DNA of 64,000 nucleotides from assembly GCF_018350175.1 (NCBI RefSeq), contig NC_058369.1:12958001-13022000 (forward strand), given 5' to 3'. The position numbers and the translations under genes are program-made. Numbering within the stretch: position 1 is the stretch's first letter; the number at the start of each line of letters is the position of its first letter. Of the stretch, positions 11,390-23,186 are shown piece after piece. A model generated the notes under the pieces. It did no database searches, was not told where the DNA came from, and saw only the letters and a list, made by a program, of their open reading frames with translations. This DNA is from Felis catus. Its lineage: Eukaryota.

Positions 11390-12281
11390 TGACCTGGAAC
11401 AGAGTTTTAAATAGACATACTAATGTCGTTTGCATCAAGTTCAAAAACAGCGTTCTGTTTCTTTTTGGTAATTTGAGCTCACATCTTTGATTTTGCAATA
11501 TTTCTTTTTCAAATAATTTGTTCTATTACCTAGATTTTTTTTTTAATGGAGAAAGTACAGATGAAACTTCCTCTTGTTGCTCAACATAATATCTTCCAGA
11601 TTAGTTGATTCCTTTTGCCTGATGCTTAGGTTTTCACCACATACATTACCACGATAATTATCAATGGGCATTGAGACTGTTTCTAAATTATTTGCTTCTG
11701 TGAACAAAGTAAGATTTAATATCAGATCCCCCCCAAATGAAACTGCTGGGACCCAGAGCAGTCGCATCTTCTATTTTGATAGCTTGTCACCAGTTTGTCC
11801 TCCAAAGGTTGTTTCCATTGACATTTCTGCCAGCAGTGGCTAAAATCTCCAAAAACAGGCTTTCTGGACACATTTTGCACGTGTCCCTGGCCAGAAAATC
11901 CCAGAGGGAGGAAGCGAGTGACGGATCCTTCGATTCACAAGAGGTCAAATGCATCGGTCCTGATGTGAGCGTTCGGTTTTTTCCCGAAAACAATTTGTCA
12001 TGTTCACAGGAAATTTTGCCCATGAACCCTTCTGAATTCCACTGGGAGGGTCATCACGAAATCAGGCTTTGATTTTCAATGTTTTGTTGTTGTTGTTGTT
12101 GTCTAAATTAAAAACAATCCATTTGGTTTTATTTGTGGGTTTGGGCAGAGAAGGGAAGTGTCATGAGTAAGTCAACTTTGTGTCACTACGAGAAACTGAC
12201 ACTGACGTTCTCAAGAAGATGCAACATTTTAAAAAACTCTCACAGAACGTCAGGAAGGTCCTTAAGAAAGTAATATTTCTT

Positions 12282-12780
12282 GGGGTGCCGGGGTGGCTCA
12301 GTCAGTTAAGCGTCCGACTTCGGCTCAGGTCATGATCTTGCGGTCTGTGAGTTTGAGCCCCATGTCGGGCTCTGTGCTGACAGCTCAGAGCCCGGAGCTT
12401 GCTTCAGATTCTGTGTCTCCCTCTCTCTCTCTGCACCCCCCCCCCTCGTGCTCTCTCTCTCTCCCTCTTAAAAATAAATAAACACCTGGGGCACCTGGAT
12501 GGCTCAGTCAGTTAAGCATCTGACTTTAGCTCAGGTCATGATCTCATGGTTCGTGAGTTCAAGTCCCACATCAGGCTGTGTGCTGACAGCTCAGAGCCCG
12601 GAGCCTGCTTCGGATTCTCTGTCTCCCTCTCTGTCTGTTCCTCCTCTGCTCATGCTCTCTTTCTCTCTCTCTCTCTCTCTCAAAAATAAATAAATATTTA
12701 AAAAATAAAATAAAAAATAAAGCCTTAAAACAAAATAGAACAAAAAAACCTTTAAAAAATAAACATTTAAAAAAAAAAAG
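12282..12780 (+). mobile_element. Two tandem CAN-SINEs
   Basis: Two heads (12282, ~12488) with a shared A-rich end. Confidence 0.88.
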
Positions 12781-13062
12781 GAAATAATATTTCTAGTGAA
12801 GAACCATTTCAGTGAAATCCAAAAAACCCTCTACTTTTACTATCGGTGTGTTTGGTTAAATTCAAATGAAAATTAAGTTTTGTGCTTTTGGAGGTGACTG
12901 AGGAGGAGCCCCGTCCCCTCTGGGCCTCCTTGTTACTGGCTGATAAAAGGCACCCCACTTTCTTACCTGGGTCTGGGGGGTTGACCGAGTCAGGCTGCTG
13001 CTGTCCCAGCCTGCTTCTCCTGCAGCCGCTCCAAGGTTTCCCATTTCTGTCCCCTCCTACTG

Positions 13063-13114
13063 TCACCACAGCCACAGGAGGGGGGCTCCAGGGATGGGAA
13101 GCCAGGGCAGGGAC
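13063..13114 (-). CDS. Candidate CCDC194 exon 5 encoding a hydrophobic C-terminal tail (SLPWLPIPGAPLLWLW*)
   Basis: Long pyrimidine tract and cctcctag|G acceptor; phase matches the AGG|GTGAGT donor at 17861; a further CAG|GTAAGA donor at 12967 and an AGTAAA at 12836-12841. Confidence 0.5.
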
Positions 13115-13172
13115 CTAGGAGGGGGCGATGGTGATAGGGGCGGGGACAGATAAAGAGAGACAGAGACTCAGA

Positions 13173-13598
13173 GGGGCGCCTGGGTGGCTCAGTTGGTTAA
13201 ACGTCCTCCGACTCCAGCTCAGGTCAGGATCTCAAGGTTTGTGAGTTCGAGCCCCACGTCGGGCTCTCTGCTGTCAGTGCAGAGCCCATTTTGGATCGTC
13301 TGTCCCCCTCTCTGCCTCTCCCCTGCTGTCTCTCTCCCTCTCTCAAAAATAACATTTAAAAAAGAGAGAGAGGGGCGCCTGGGTGGCGCAGTCGGTTAAG
13401 CGTCTGACTTCAGCCAGGTCACGATCTCGCGGTCCGTGAGTTCGAGCCCTGTGTCGGGCTCTGGGCTGATGGCTCGGAGCCTGGAGCCTGTTTCCGATTC
13501 TGTGTCTCCCTCTCTCTCTGCCCCTCCCCCGTTCATGCTCTGTCTCTCTCTGTCCCCAAAATAAATAAATGTTAAAAAAATAAAATAAATAAATAAAA
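13173..13598 (+). mobile_element. Two tandem CAN-SINEs (13173, 13372)
   Basis: Second, young-subfamily copy inserted at the tail of the first; AAAGAGAGAGAG flanks. Confidence 0.9.
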
Positions 13599-14620
13599 AA
13601 GAGAGAGAAAGAGACAGAGAGAGAGAGACTTGGAGACAGAGAGACAGAGACTTGGAGGGATAATTAGAGAGTGGGAGGCAGAACAGAGCAAAGGCAGGTC
13701 AAAGACTGGCCCTGTGAGGTGGGAACAGATGGGGGTCCAGGAGGCAGGTCCCACCAAGGAGCGCTATTTACTTCCCTGGGCAGCTGAGGGATCCTCAGCG
13801 CAAGGAGGGGTGGGGGGCTGGGCTTGTTCTCCCCAGGTCACCCTCAAACCTCACCTACACCCTGGAGGTTCAAAGCCCTCGCTCAGTCTGTGTCCTCTCT
13901 TTCTTCCCAATTCTTTCTGACACCAGATCTAACTGCCATTCCTGCTCACACACCTGCCTTGGCTCCCTATTTCCCTCCCTCCCCGAAACTGATTTTCAGG
14001 GGTCCGGTGGTAGGGCCAAGATGAAGCCCGCAGAGTAAGTTGGTAATAATGATGTTTTATGCGCCATTTACACCCCTGAGCCCAGCCCTTTTACCCTTGG
14101 ATCCCACAGCGACCCAGTGAAGGGGTCTTAAGTCAGACAAAGCAAGATCAGTCTCCTGGTCTCCAGCTCTGCTTGACTCCAGAAGAAGCCACTTCCTGCA
14201 CACTTCTGGATTGACGCCAGAGTTGGGGGTGGGGTGAGGGCAGCTTTCAGAACCACCCTTAACCTCTCCAGCTGAAGCCTTCAAGGGCAGCAATCGGGTG
14301 AGCAAGTTGGGGCGACCCCTGGTGGCTGTCAGCAGAACTAAGCGATTAGACCTTCCTCCCCTCAGCCGCACTTCCTCCTTGGGAGTTGACCCTCCAATTC
14401 CTCCTCCACGTGGGCCCCTCCCAGGTAAAGCCCCAGATCCGGCACGTCTAAACCCCAGGGTGGTAGTGGGGGTAATGAGCAGGGCTGGATGAGGTGGGGG
14501 AAAGAGTTCCGAGGGCTTCTACTGCCCTCAATTATCAGCCTCTTAGGAATTTTTTAAAACAAATTTTAATCATTTTAAATGTCATACAGGTGCATGGTTT
14601 TCAAAATGCAAACTTTACAG

Positions 14621-14815
14621 GGGGCGCCTGGGTGCCTCAGTCGGTTAGGCGTCCGACTTCGGCTCAGGTCATGATCATCTCACGGTTCGTGGGTTCGAGC
14701 CCCGCATCGGGCTCTGTGCTGAGCCTGGAGCCTGTTTCAGATTCTGTGTCTCCCTCTCTCTCTGCCCCCACCCCTGTCTCCCTCTGTCTCAAAAATAAAC
14801 ATTAAAAAAATTTTA
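14621..14815 (+). mobile_element. CAN-SINE with TSD
   Basis: TSD AAAATGCAAACTTTACA. Confidence 0.9.
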
Positions 14816-15510
14816 AAAATGCAAACTTTACAAAAGGGCATACAGAGAAACAAGAGACTGTCCCCCCCACCCCCCAGCCCTCCACCCCAGCCCAGCCCTC
14901 TAGCCCCCTCGCTCCTAGCTCTCAGCAGGTACTATCTGCCCCGAAGTCGGTGACCAGTGTTTCCTTCAGAGTTATTTGCATTCGTCCCTGCATTTTGAAA
15001 AATGCACACCAATTATCACCCTCCTGCTTTTTACATTAATGTATCTCGGAGGAGATTTGCTTTTTCACCTTAAAGAGTGCATAGTATCCCACTCTATGGA
15101 TGTATGGACACTCATTTATAACAGTCACCAGCCGGAAGACATTGAGGTTGTTTCCAATTTTTAACAATGACCAAGAATGTGATAACAAATGTCCTCGTCC
15201 ACCCCCACCCCCCCCCCCCCCCCCGCTTAGTCTCTTTTTAAAAAGTAAACCTTTTCTTTTGGAATAACTTTAGATTTACAGAACAGTTGCAGAGATAGTA
15301 CAGAGCCCCTGAACAGCCGTCACTGAACTTCTTCCATGGCCAAGTTCTTTGACACCATGGCATCCAAATTTTATTTGTCCAAACTAAGAAATTAACTCTA
15401 GTGCATTAAAATAATTATACTCTAGACTTGATTTGACCTTCTCACTAAGTGTTTTTCTGTGCCAGGATCCAACCCAGGGTTCTGCATTGTATTTTGTCCA
15501 TCAATCTGAT

Positions 15511-15557
<47 letters not shown>

Positions 15558-16010
15558 TAAGTAGGCTCTGCACCCAACCTGGGGCTTGAACTCATAACCT
15601 GTAGATCAAGAGTGTGCTCTACAGACCGAGCCAGCCAGGTGCCCCTGGTCCATAATTTTGTACCCATGTAAATATGGTTGTAGAAAAATTTCTAGAAGGG
15701 GAATTGATGGGTCAAAGGATGTATACTATTTTTACTTTTTTGAGAGGTTCTAGAAAATTGCCCTTCCAAGTGGTTGTACCACTGGGCTCTCTCACTAGCC
15801 CCATGTGGGATTACTTGTTTCTCCACAGCAGTGCCAGCGCATGGTACTTTGCGATTTGCTCGTTTTCATTTTTGCCAGACTAACGGGTAGAAAGTGGTAC
15901 CACTTTGTCATTTCAATTTGCAATTCTTTTCTAGGAAAGAGGTTGGTCGCTTTTTTTTTTTTTTTTGCATATTTCTATGAAATGACTGTCTATATTCTTT
16001 GCCCATTTTT

Positions 16011-16226
16011 CTTTTTTTTTTTTTTTCAACGTTTATTTTATTTTTGGGACAGAGACAGAGCATGAACGGGGGAGGGGCAGACAGAGAGGGAGACACAGAA
16101 TCGGAAACAGGCTCCAGGCTCTGAGCCATCAGCCCAGAGCCCGACGCAGGGCTCAAACCCACGGACCGCGAGATCGTGACCTGGCTGAAGTCGGACGCTT
16201 AACCGACTGCGCCACCCAGGCGCCCC
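16011..16226 (-). mobile_element. CAN-SINE (young subfamily)
   Basis: TSD TTGCCCATTTTT. Confidence 0.9.
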
Positions 16227-17856
16227 ATCTTTGCCCATTTTTCTACTGAGCTGTTTTTTGAAAAATTAATTGATAAGAGCTCTTTACGTAAGAAGGAAAT
16301 TAGTTTATTCCTGGAGATAAGTAACTATATGAAATAGATCTAAGAAAGTTTCAGTTAGTTCTCTTGGGTTTTCTCTATATAAAACCACACTACCAGCAGG
16401 TAAAATTATGTTAAATTGCTTCCAAGGCTCTCCTGCCCAAAATGCCAACCTGAAACTAATCTTACAGAAACATCACAGAAACCCAAATTAGGACACCAGA
16501 AAATGACTGCCTTGGGCCTTTAAAAAACGCCAACGTCATAAAAGGCAAAGACATACTGAGAAATGTTCCAGATTAAAAGAGCTAGAAGACCTGACAAATA
16601 CAATGTGTGAGCCAGGATATTCTTTTGTTATAAAGGACATTATGAGAACAGTTGGCAAAGTCTGATTAAAGTCTGTAGATTAGATAATGGTGTTTTATCA
16701 ATGTCCACTTCCTGATGTTCATCATTGTACTGTGATTATGTGGGAGAATGTCCTTGTTTTTAGGAAATGCATACTCAACTGTTATGGGTAATGAGACATC
16801 GTTTCTGTGTGTTTTTCAGAAGAGGTTCAGAGAGAGGAAGAAGAATAAAGCAAAGGTGGTAACTAATCTTTGTGGAATCTGGATAAAGAATATCCAGGAA
16901 TTCTTTGTACTAATCCTCCAGTTTTTCTGTAAGTCTGAAGGTATGTCGAATATAAGGTAAAAGACGAAATTAATGTGAAATTGAGCCATATGGAATTGTT
17001 GGTATTTCTATTATTTTTGACCTATGTAAACAGGGCTTACCCACGATCCAAACTGTTATTTCCCTACCACTCTCCTACTATCCATACCCCTTCTTTCTTT
17101 TTCTTCTCTAAGTGCGTTGGCTAGTACCTCCAGAACAATATTAAATACTCCACAGTGGTCATCCTCACGTTCGCCCTCATTTTGAGGCCTTTTCAGAACT
17201 TTTCTCGTTTGATCCATCACCATGGTAAATCTTATTAGCAGACTTCTGAATACTGAGCCATCCCTGCATCTCAGGTATAAGGCCCCTTCGTTGTGATGTA
17301 TTTTTAAAATGTGGTGCTTAATGCTCTTTTGCTAAAATTCCATTTGGGACTTCTGTACCCTCCTCATAGCTAGAGGGGTCTGTAGTTTTCCCATTGTGCC
17401 ATCTTGGTCGGTCTGTGTTGTCAAGGATAGGCTGGCTCGCCAAACATGATTCTAATCACTCGATACACAGACAAGGTAAACTGAGGCCCAGAGAGGAGAA
17501 GTGACCCTTCCAGGTCACTCCTGAGCCAGGGCTGGACCCTAACTCTTCATGCCTGTGGGATGAAGCAACACTGTCATCAGAAGGGACTGAAGTCTCAAAT
17601 CAGCACTATCTCATTGGGTCATCGAATGGGCCTTAGTTTCCCCATCTGTAAAAAAAAAGCATTAGTTGGTTGGGGAGAGAGAGTCGAGTCTCCTTTCTGT
17701 AGATTCTGTTCAGAGTGGCTCCTGGGTCCAAAGCTGAGCGTTGATGGCTGTCGACTGGGCATCTCATCCAGCGTGGACACCTCTATATGGGTCCCAGCAG
17801 GGCCGCCACATTGTGTGCCCTCCCGGCCTCGGGCCCTCATCCTGCTAGGGGCCGAC

Positions 17857-18007
17857 TCACCCTCGAGCGCGCCGCGCCGGCCGCCGGCAGCCCCCCGAAG
17901 TTCTTGGGCGAGAACGTGAGCGGGGGCTGGGTCGCGGTCGGGACCCGGAGCGGGATCGGGGGTGCGGCACTCTGCGCTGGGGGCCCATCTCGGCTTCCAG
18001 GGCTTTA
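17857..18007 (-). CDS. CCDC194: CCDC194 exon 4 (Arg/Pro/Ser-rich basic tail; stop if unspliced, 234-aa product)
   Basis: cttcctgtcag| acceptor; KALEAEMGPQRRVPHPRSRSGSRPRPSPRSRSRPRTSGGCRRPARRARG*; the TGA overlaps a GTGAGT donor. Confidence 0.9.
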
Positions 18008-18574
18008 CTGACAGGAAGTGGGGAGGGGTCCATCAGCACCTGGATCCCCGCCCCCGAGACCCTCCCCCCAGTACTCTTCCATCTTTCCTGAGAACCCCAC
18101 TCCCAAGAGATCCCCAGCTCCCCTAACCTTTCTCCACCCCCCAGCCATTCCCGGGACCCCTCCCCAGGGCCTCCCATCCCCTTTTCCTGGAGCTCAGCCT
18201 CCAGAACCCCCGTCCTCTCCCTCGGTACTTCCTTTTACTTGCGTCCTTCTCTTCCGCTCCTCGCCCTTCCTCTATGCGCGCCCGACCCCAGGGACTCATG
18301 CCTCCGGAGTGCCGGCCCCAGCCTGGGGAGTCCAGCCCCCACACAGCCTACATCCTTGACCACCCCTAGGTTCCAACTCCAGGATCCCGTCTTTGACCTT
18401 CTTGTCACGCAACACCCCAAGGCCCCGCCCACACGGCCAGGCTGCTGCTCCATCCCCGGGGACCCTTCCCCTCCTTCCCCACCAGGCGACGCTGGGCGGA
18501 AAGAACGAAGTCTCGCGCAGCCATTGGCCACGCGCCGCGCCCGTCCACCGCCCCCGGCCCCGCCCTTCACTCAC

Positions 18575-18707
18575 GCGCGTTCGCGCAGCGCCGCCTCCCG
18601 GGCCGCGCAAGCTTCGGCCTCGGCCTCGGCCGCGCGTGCGCGCTGCTGTGCCTCGTCCAGCCGCCGCCCAGACTCCGTGGCCGCCGCCTCCCAGCGCGCC
18701 AGCGCTT
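18575..18707 (-). CDS. CCDC194: CCDC194 exon 3 (133 nt)
   Basis: cccgcag| acceptor; ALARWEAAATESGRRLDEAQQRARAAEAEAEACAAREAALRER; GC|GTGAGT donor; frame continuous. Confidence 0.92.
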
Positions 18708-18789
18708 CTGCGGGTCCAGGGAGCCCGGTCAGGTCCGAGACCTCGCTCCCGCCCGCCTAACGCCGGCGTTGGGAGTTTTTTACAGTCTG

Positions 18790-19055
18790 CATACTGTTTG
18801 CAGCCTTGCCTTATTTGAATTAAGTGTGTGCGTTGGTTGCATGACCTTTACGTGTCATTTGCAGAGCTCTTCATAGGCTTGTGTTGCTTTTGGGAGTCGT
18901 GTAAGTGGCGTTTGCGTATTTGGTTGCATTTGCGTTGTGTTTCTGACATTTGCGTGGCCTTTGTGAGTGTGACGTGCATTTCCCTCGTAAGTTTTCGCGT
19001 TTATTTGCATGTCGTTTACATTACGTTTGCACTTGCGCATGTCATTTGCATAACT
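18790..19055. repeat. Degenerate TTTGCR short-period repeat in CCDC194 intron 2
   Basis: Recurrent tttgca/tttgcg units; exact ATTTGCAT at 19003-19010 and 19044-19051. Confidence 0.55.
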
Positions 19056-19114
19056 AGGAACCTTTTAGGCCCCTCCCGCCCTGAGCCCTGGCCACCCCTT
19101 GCGCCCCAACACAC

Positions 19115-19211
19115 CTGTGAGCGCCCCGTTCTCAGCCCCCATCTGGGTCCCCTGTGCCTTCGCCTCCTCGATCTCAGTCTTCAGGGTCATCAGTTGGGTC
19201 TGAAGCCGGCT
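19115..19211 (-). CDS. CCDC194: CCDC194 exon 2 (97 nt)
   Basis: ctccccag| acceptor; SRLQTQLMTLKTEIEEAKAQGTQMGAENGALT; G|GTGTGT donor. Confidence 0.92.
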
Positions 19212-20285
19212 CTGGGGAGTGGAGAGGAAGTAAGGAGGGGCGGGGTGCCAGGAGAGAAGTGAAGTCTCGCCTCTTTCTGGGGAGGACTGAACTGACCCTG
19301 GTGACTCCGTTCCCTGAGCATTACTTGCAATGCCCTTTGGGGCTCCTGTGGTTGTAAAACAGAAGTGGCCTGGGGTTCCGAGTGGTGACCGCTGCTCTGC
19401 CCGGGGCCCACCGCCCCCCCCCCCCCGAAGCCACCGAATGTGGAAACCGTTTAGCTCTGCGGTCCCAGTCCCAGCTGCATCTAGACTCCCTGGGGTTTCA
19501 AACCAACACAAGCCAATCCGGTGGTTGACAATGACTGGGTTTCTGGAGTATGCTTCCTCACCTCTGTGAGACGTTCTTCAAAACAACTGGCCTGGCCTCC
19601 TCAGAACATCTTCCACTGAGGGGCAGAGCCAGAATTTGAACCCAGAGCAGGCTGCGCTTGACCTCGGCGGCTTGGGGCCCTTCCCTCAGGCAGGCAGGTA
19701 AAGGGTGGAGGTCTGTTTTGATTTCTAAAATTCACACCGCCCAGCCCCTGCTGGGCCTGGTACCCAGAGATCCACAGTAGTAAATGAAAGATTGGGACTT
19801 TGAGAACGGTTCTTTTGCAAGGCCCAGGGCTGGGAAGGGTTAAGAGAGAGTTTGTGAAGGGGTAGCTGGGGGAAAAGGGAGGACCTGGCCAGTACCTCCC
19901 CCAAGAGGCCAACTTTAGCCTCCTAATTACAGGTGACGTGAATGTCCCTCTCTGGAAATAGGGCTGCTGGACACTGGCTGGGGGAGGTTGAGTGGGCACC
20001 CAGGGGGAGGGTTAGCACAGGGTCTCCCCAGGTGGACTCAGGGGTCTGGGGCTTCTAGCCACCACCGTCTACTAGGCAAATGGCAGAGAATCATGGGGCC
20101 TCCTTGGTCAGCAGGGAGACTTAAGGGGGAACCAGCAGGATTTGGAAGGGATGACGGTGCCACTCTCGGGTGAAGAATTAGGGAGACGAATGCATGGGGT
20201 GGGGGTGGGGGGCAACCCTGGGGTTGTGTGTGCAGGCCCTCTCCCCCGATTCTGGATTCCCCAGTCTCCCACCCTGCCCGCCTAC

Positions 20286-20609
20286 CTGGCGGCCCTCACA
20301 GGCCCTTAGTGCCTCCTCCAGCTCCCGACGGACACGGTTGGCCTGGTTCAGCTGTCTGGCCAGGGCCTCCTGGCGTTGGGTAGCCTCTGCCAGCTGGCGC
20401 CGCAGCTCCTCGACCTCTGGCGCCAGGTCCCTGGGGGGCGCCGTGGCGTTGGCACCTGCCTCCGGGCAGCGAGGTCCCCGGGAGGCCGAGGAGGCCAGAT
20501 TCCAGGCCAGCAGGGCCCCGCCGGCTGCCGCGGCCGCCAGGAACACCGCAGCCCCGCACAGGGCTAGCACCCGCCAGGCGCGTCCCGGCTCTGGCCCCAG
20601 CTCGGCCAT
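20286..20609 (-). CDS. CCDC194: CCDC194 exon 1 (TM plus start of coiled coil)
   Basis: MAELGPEPGRAWRVLALCGAAVFLAAAAAGGALLAWNLAS...EEALRACEGRQ; 324 nt; CAG|GTAGGC donor. Confidence 0.93.
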
Positions 20610-21405
20610 GCCTCCGTCCACAGCTCTGGCCCCAGACAGCCACGAGCATTTAATTGGCACCTTGGGGCGCCAGGGACACCCACGGCTCCGCCCTGCCCGG
20701 CCGTGGCTTCCCGAGTGCGTTGGGAGGGGCTGGACCCCCGCCAGGGGCCAGCCTAGGCTACCCACGCCCAGGACCGGACTGGGGGTCCTGGGTTCCAGTT
20801 CTGCCTCCGCATCGCATGTGCCCAGCACAGCACGTGCTGTCCTCTCATCCTCAGTCTCCCCCACTGAAGTGGGGGTGCTCTGGCTCCTGCCCCATCGGGC
20901 TTAGTGGGAACCATGCGAGCCCATCCTCACAAAGCGCCCATTTGCATGCGGGGCCCACGGCAAGGGTTTTTTCGTGGAAAAACTGAGGCTGAAAGACGCG
21001 AGGCTACACGACCGACGGAGGTCTGCCTGGCTCAAGCTGCCACACTTTCTGGGACTGGCTGCGAGGGCCAGAGAGGGTGAGAGGCTGGAGGGGATGGGTC
21101 CCAACTCCCAGCCCCTTCTCCACTAGGCCGCCAGGGGGCGATCTGACACTGTAAATCAGCTCCAGCCCCGTTTACCTGGAGCCCAAGAACAAAGGAAAGG
21201 AAAGAGAAAGGAGTGGTTGACTTATAGACATCACAGCCATGCAGGACAGGTGTCTCCTTCAGTTTGTGGGGAACTTAATAAACTGCAAGAAAAAGGCAGT
21301 CTTATCCATAGCCTAATCTCCAGAAGCCTATAGACTCCATTTCCTGGAGCCCTAATATCACCCTCATCGAGACGTAAGGGGGGGTTTAAGTGCTTGCCCC
21401 GGCGA

Positions 21406-21752
21406 TGTGGGAAACTAAGGCAAATGAAAAATTAAATTCCCTTACTGCCTGCGGCCCGTTGGCGAGTCCTTGAAACAGGCAGAGTGACCTTCCTCTAGGA
21501 GCTCAGCTGCCTGGATGATGACACTTTGCTGGGGGCAAAAGAGAATCTTGACTTAACATTATCCCCACCCCCCAGGATCCTGTGAGTGTCCTTAAACACA
21601 TAAAAATTCCTTTGCAAACCTCCTATATCCTTAGCCCCCAAGTCTATGCTGGCAATCATACTCCAAGCATACGGGGCCCCGGATATACATCTGAAGGGTC
21701 TCACGACTGAAGTTTTACTAAACAGTAAATAAACGGCGTTTTCCTAACAACA
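21406..21752 (+). mobile_element. Solo LTR of a different family, between LTR copies A (~21150-21375) and B
   Basis: TG...AACAACA termini; AATAAA at about 21728, near the 3' end; about 350 bp. Confidence 0.55.
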
Positions 21753-21759
21753 CCTAGAA

Positions 21760-22230
21760 TGACTTCCACGTGCTTAAAGGGGGCTCCCAAGATACCACAG
21801 GCCTGGCTATTGTCAAGCCGAGGTTGTTTTTTCCTCTAGTAGGGCATTAACATGAAGACAGTAGGGAGTTCTGTAGAAATGTCTTAACTCTGCCTGCCTC
21901 TACTGTGTCAATGGGCTGCAGGTTATAAGGAAACTGAATTTTATTTACCATTTCCTTCCTGCCTTTGTTCGCCACCTCGCTACGGAGGGGAGGGTGGTGT
22001 TGGGGCTCGAGGAAACGGAGTCTACGGGTTTCTGGAGATTAGGCTGTTGATAAGATTGCCTGTTTCTTGTAATTCACTAAGGCATCTGTAAACCGATGGG
22101 GACTCCCGCCCTGCAGGACTGAGATCTCTAGCAGTTAACCATCAGGCTTTCTCTTTCTCTTCGCTTGAGGGCAGCGAGGAGTACCTGATCCTTCGTCCTC
22201 ATCACTAACTCAGGCCCCTTTCGACTGTCT
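21760..22230 (-). mobile_element. Truncated LTR of the same family (copy B), inverted relative to copy C
   Basis: Reverse complement of 22052-22140 matches 22405-22493 at 84/89 nt; similarity continues to about 21775/23015. Confidence 0.7.
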
Positions 22231-22349
22231 CTGCTCTTCTTGTAATTTTGCATTTGAGGTGTTCGATTCCCAGCCGACGAGGGAGCATAAGGCACGCTGA
22301 CACCCTGCAACCCGCCCCCCCCCCCAACAACCCAGGGTGGGACACGGGT

Positions 22350-23146
22350 GACATTCCTCGGGCACCCCCGGTTGCCCAAGAACAAAGGAATGGGAAAACC
22401 TGCTGGTTAACTGCTAGAGATCACAGTCCTGCGGGACGGGAGTCCCCATCGGTTTACAGATGTCTTAGTGAATTACAAGAAAAAGGCAATCTTGGGGCGC
22501 CTGGGTGGCGCAGTCGGTTAAGCGGCCGACTTCAGCCAGGTCACGATCTCGCGGTCTGTGAGTTCGAGCCCCGCGTCTGGCTCTGGGCTGATGGCTCGGA
22601 GCCTGGAGCCTGTTTCCGATTCTGTGTCTCCCTCTCTCTCTGCCCCTCCCCCGTTCATGCTCTGTCTCTCTCTGTCCCAAAAATAAAATAAATAAACGTT
22701 GAAAAAAAAAATTAAAGAAAAAGGCAATCTTATCAACAGCCTAATCTCCAGAAACCCATAGACTGTAGACTCCGTTTCCTGGAGCCCCAACACCACCCTC
22801 TCCTCCATAGTGAGGCGGAGAACAAAGGCAGGAAGGAAATGGTAAATAAAATTGAGTTTCCTTATAACCTGCAGCCCATTGACAAATACTTGAGGCAAAT
22901 TCAGAGTGAAACATTTCTCCAGGAACTTCCTACTGTCTTAATGTTAACGCCTTACTAGAGGAAACACAACCTCAGCCTGACAGTAGCAAGGCCTCTGGTA
23001 TCTTAAGAGTCCTCTTTGGGGGGCCCTGGGGAGCTCAGTCGGTTGGGCAAGTCACCTCTTGGTTTCAGCTCAGGTCATGATCTCATAGCTCATGAGTTCA
23101 AGCCCCACATGGGGCTCTGCACTGACAGCTCAGAATAACCTGCTTG

Positions 23147-23186
<40 letters not shown>

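Larger units (their letters stand above)
14540..17400. mobile_element. Mosaic of old L1 fragments plus SINEs between CCDC194 exon 4 and the candidate exon 5
   Basis: AT-rich L1-like motifs (e.g. AAAATGCCAACCTGAAACTAATC...; TTTAGATTTACAGAACAGTTGCAGAGATAGTACAGAG). Confidence 0.6.

Noticed and set aside
12293-12693. Recurrent ORFs MAQSVKRPTSAQVMISR... and tRNA-like A/B boxes throughout the window
   Set aside because: Translations and heads of tRNA-derived CAN-SINEs; neither a gene family nor tRNA genes
13572-13713. Alternative strong acceptor (cctcacag|G at 13711) as CCDC194 exon 5; hydrophobic-looking ORF 13572-13757
   Set aside because: In the phase required by the 17861 donor it gives only ASL*; the hydrophobic frame derives from CT microsatellite and SINE tail
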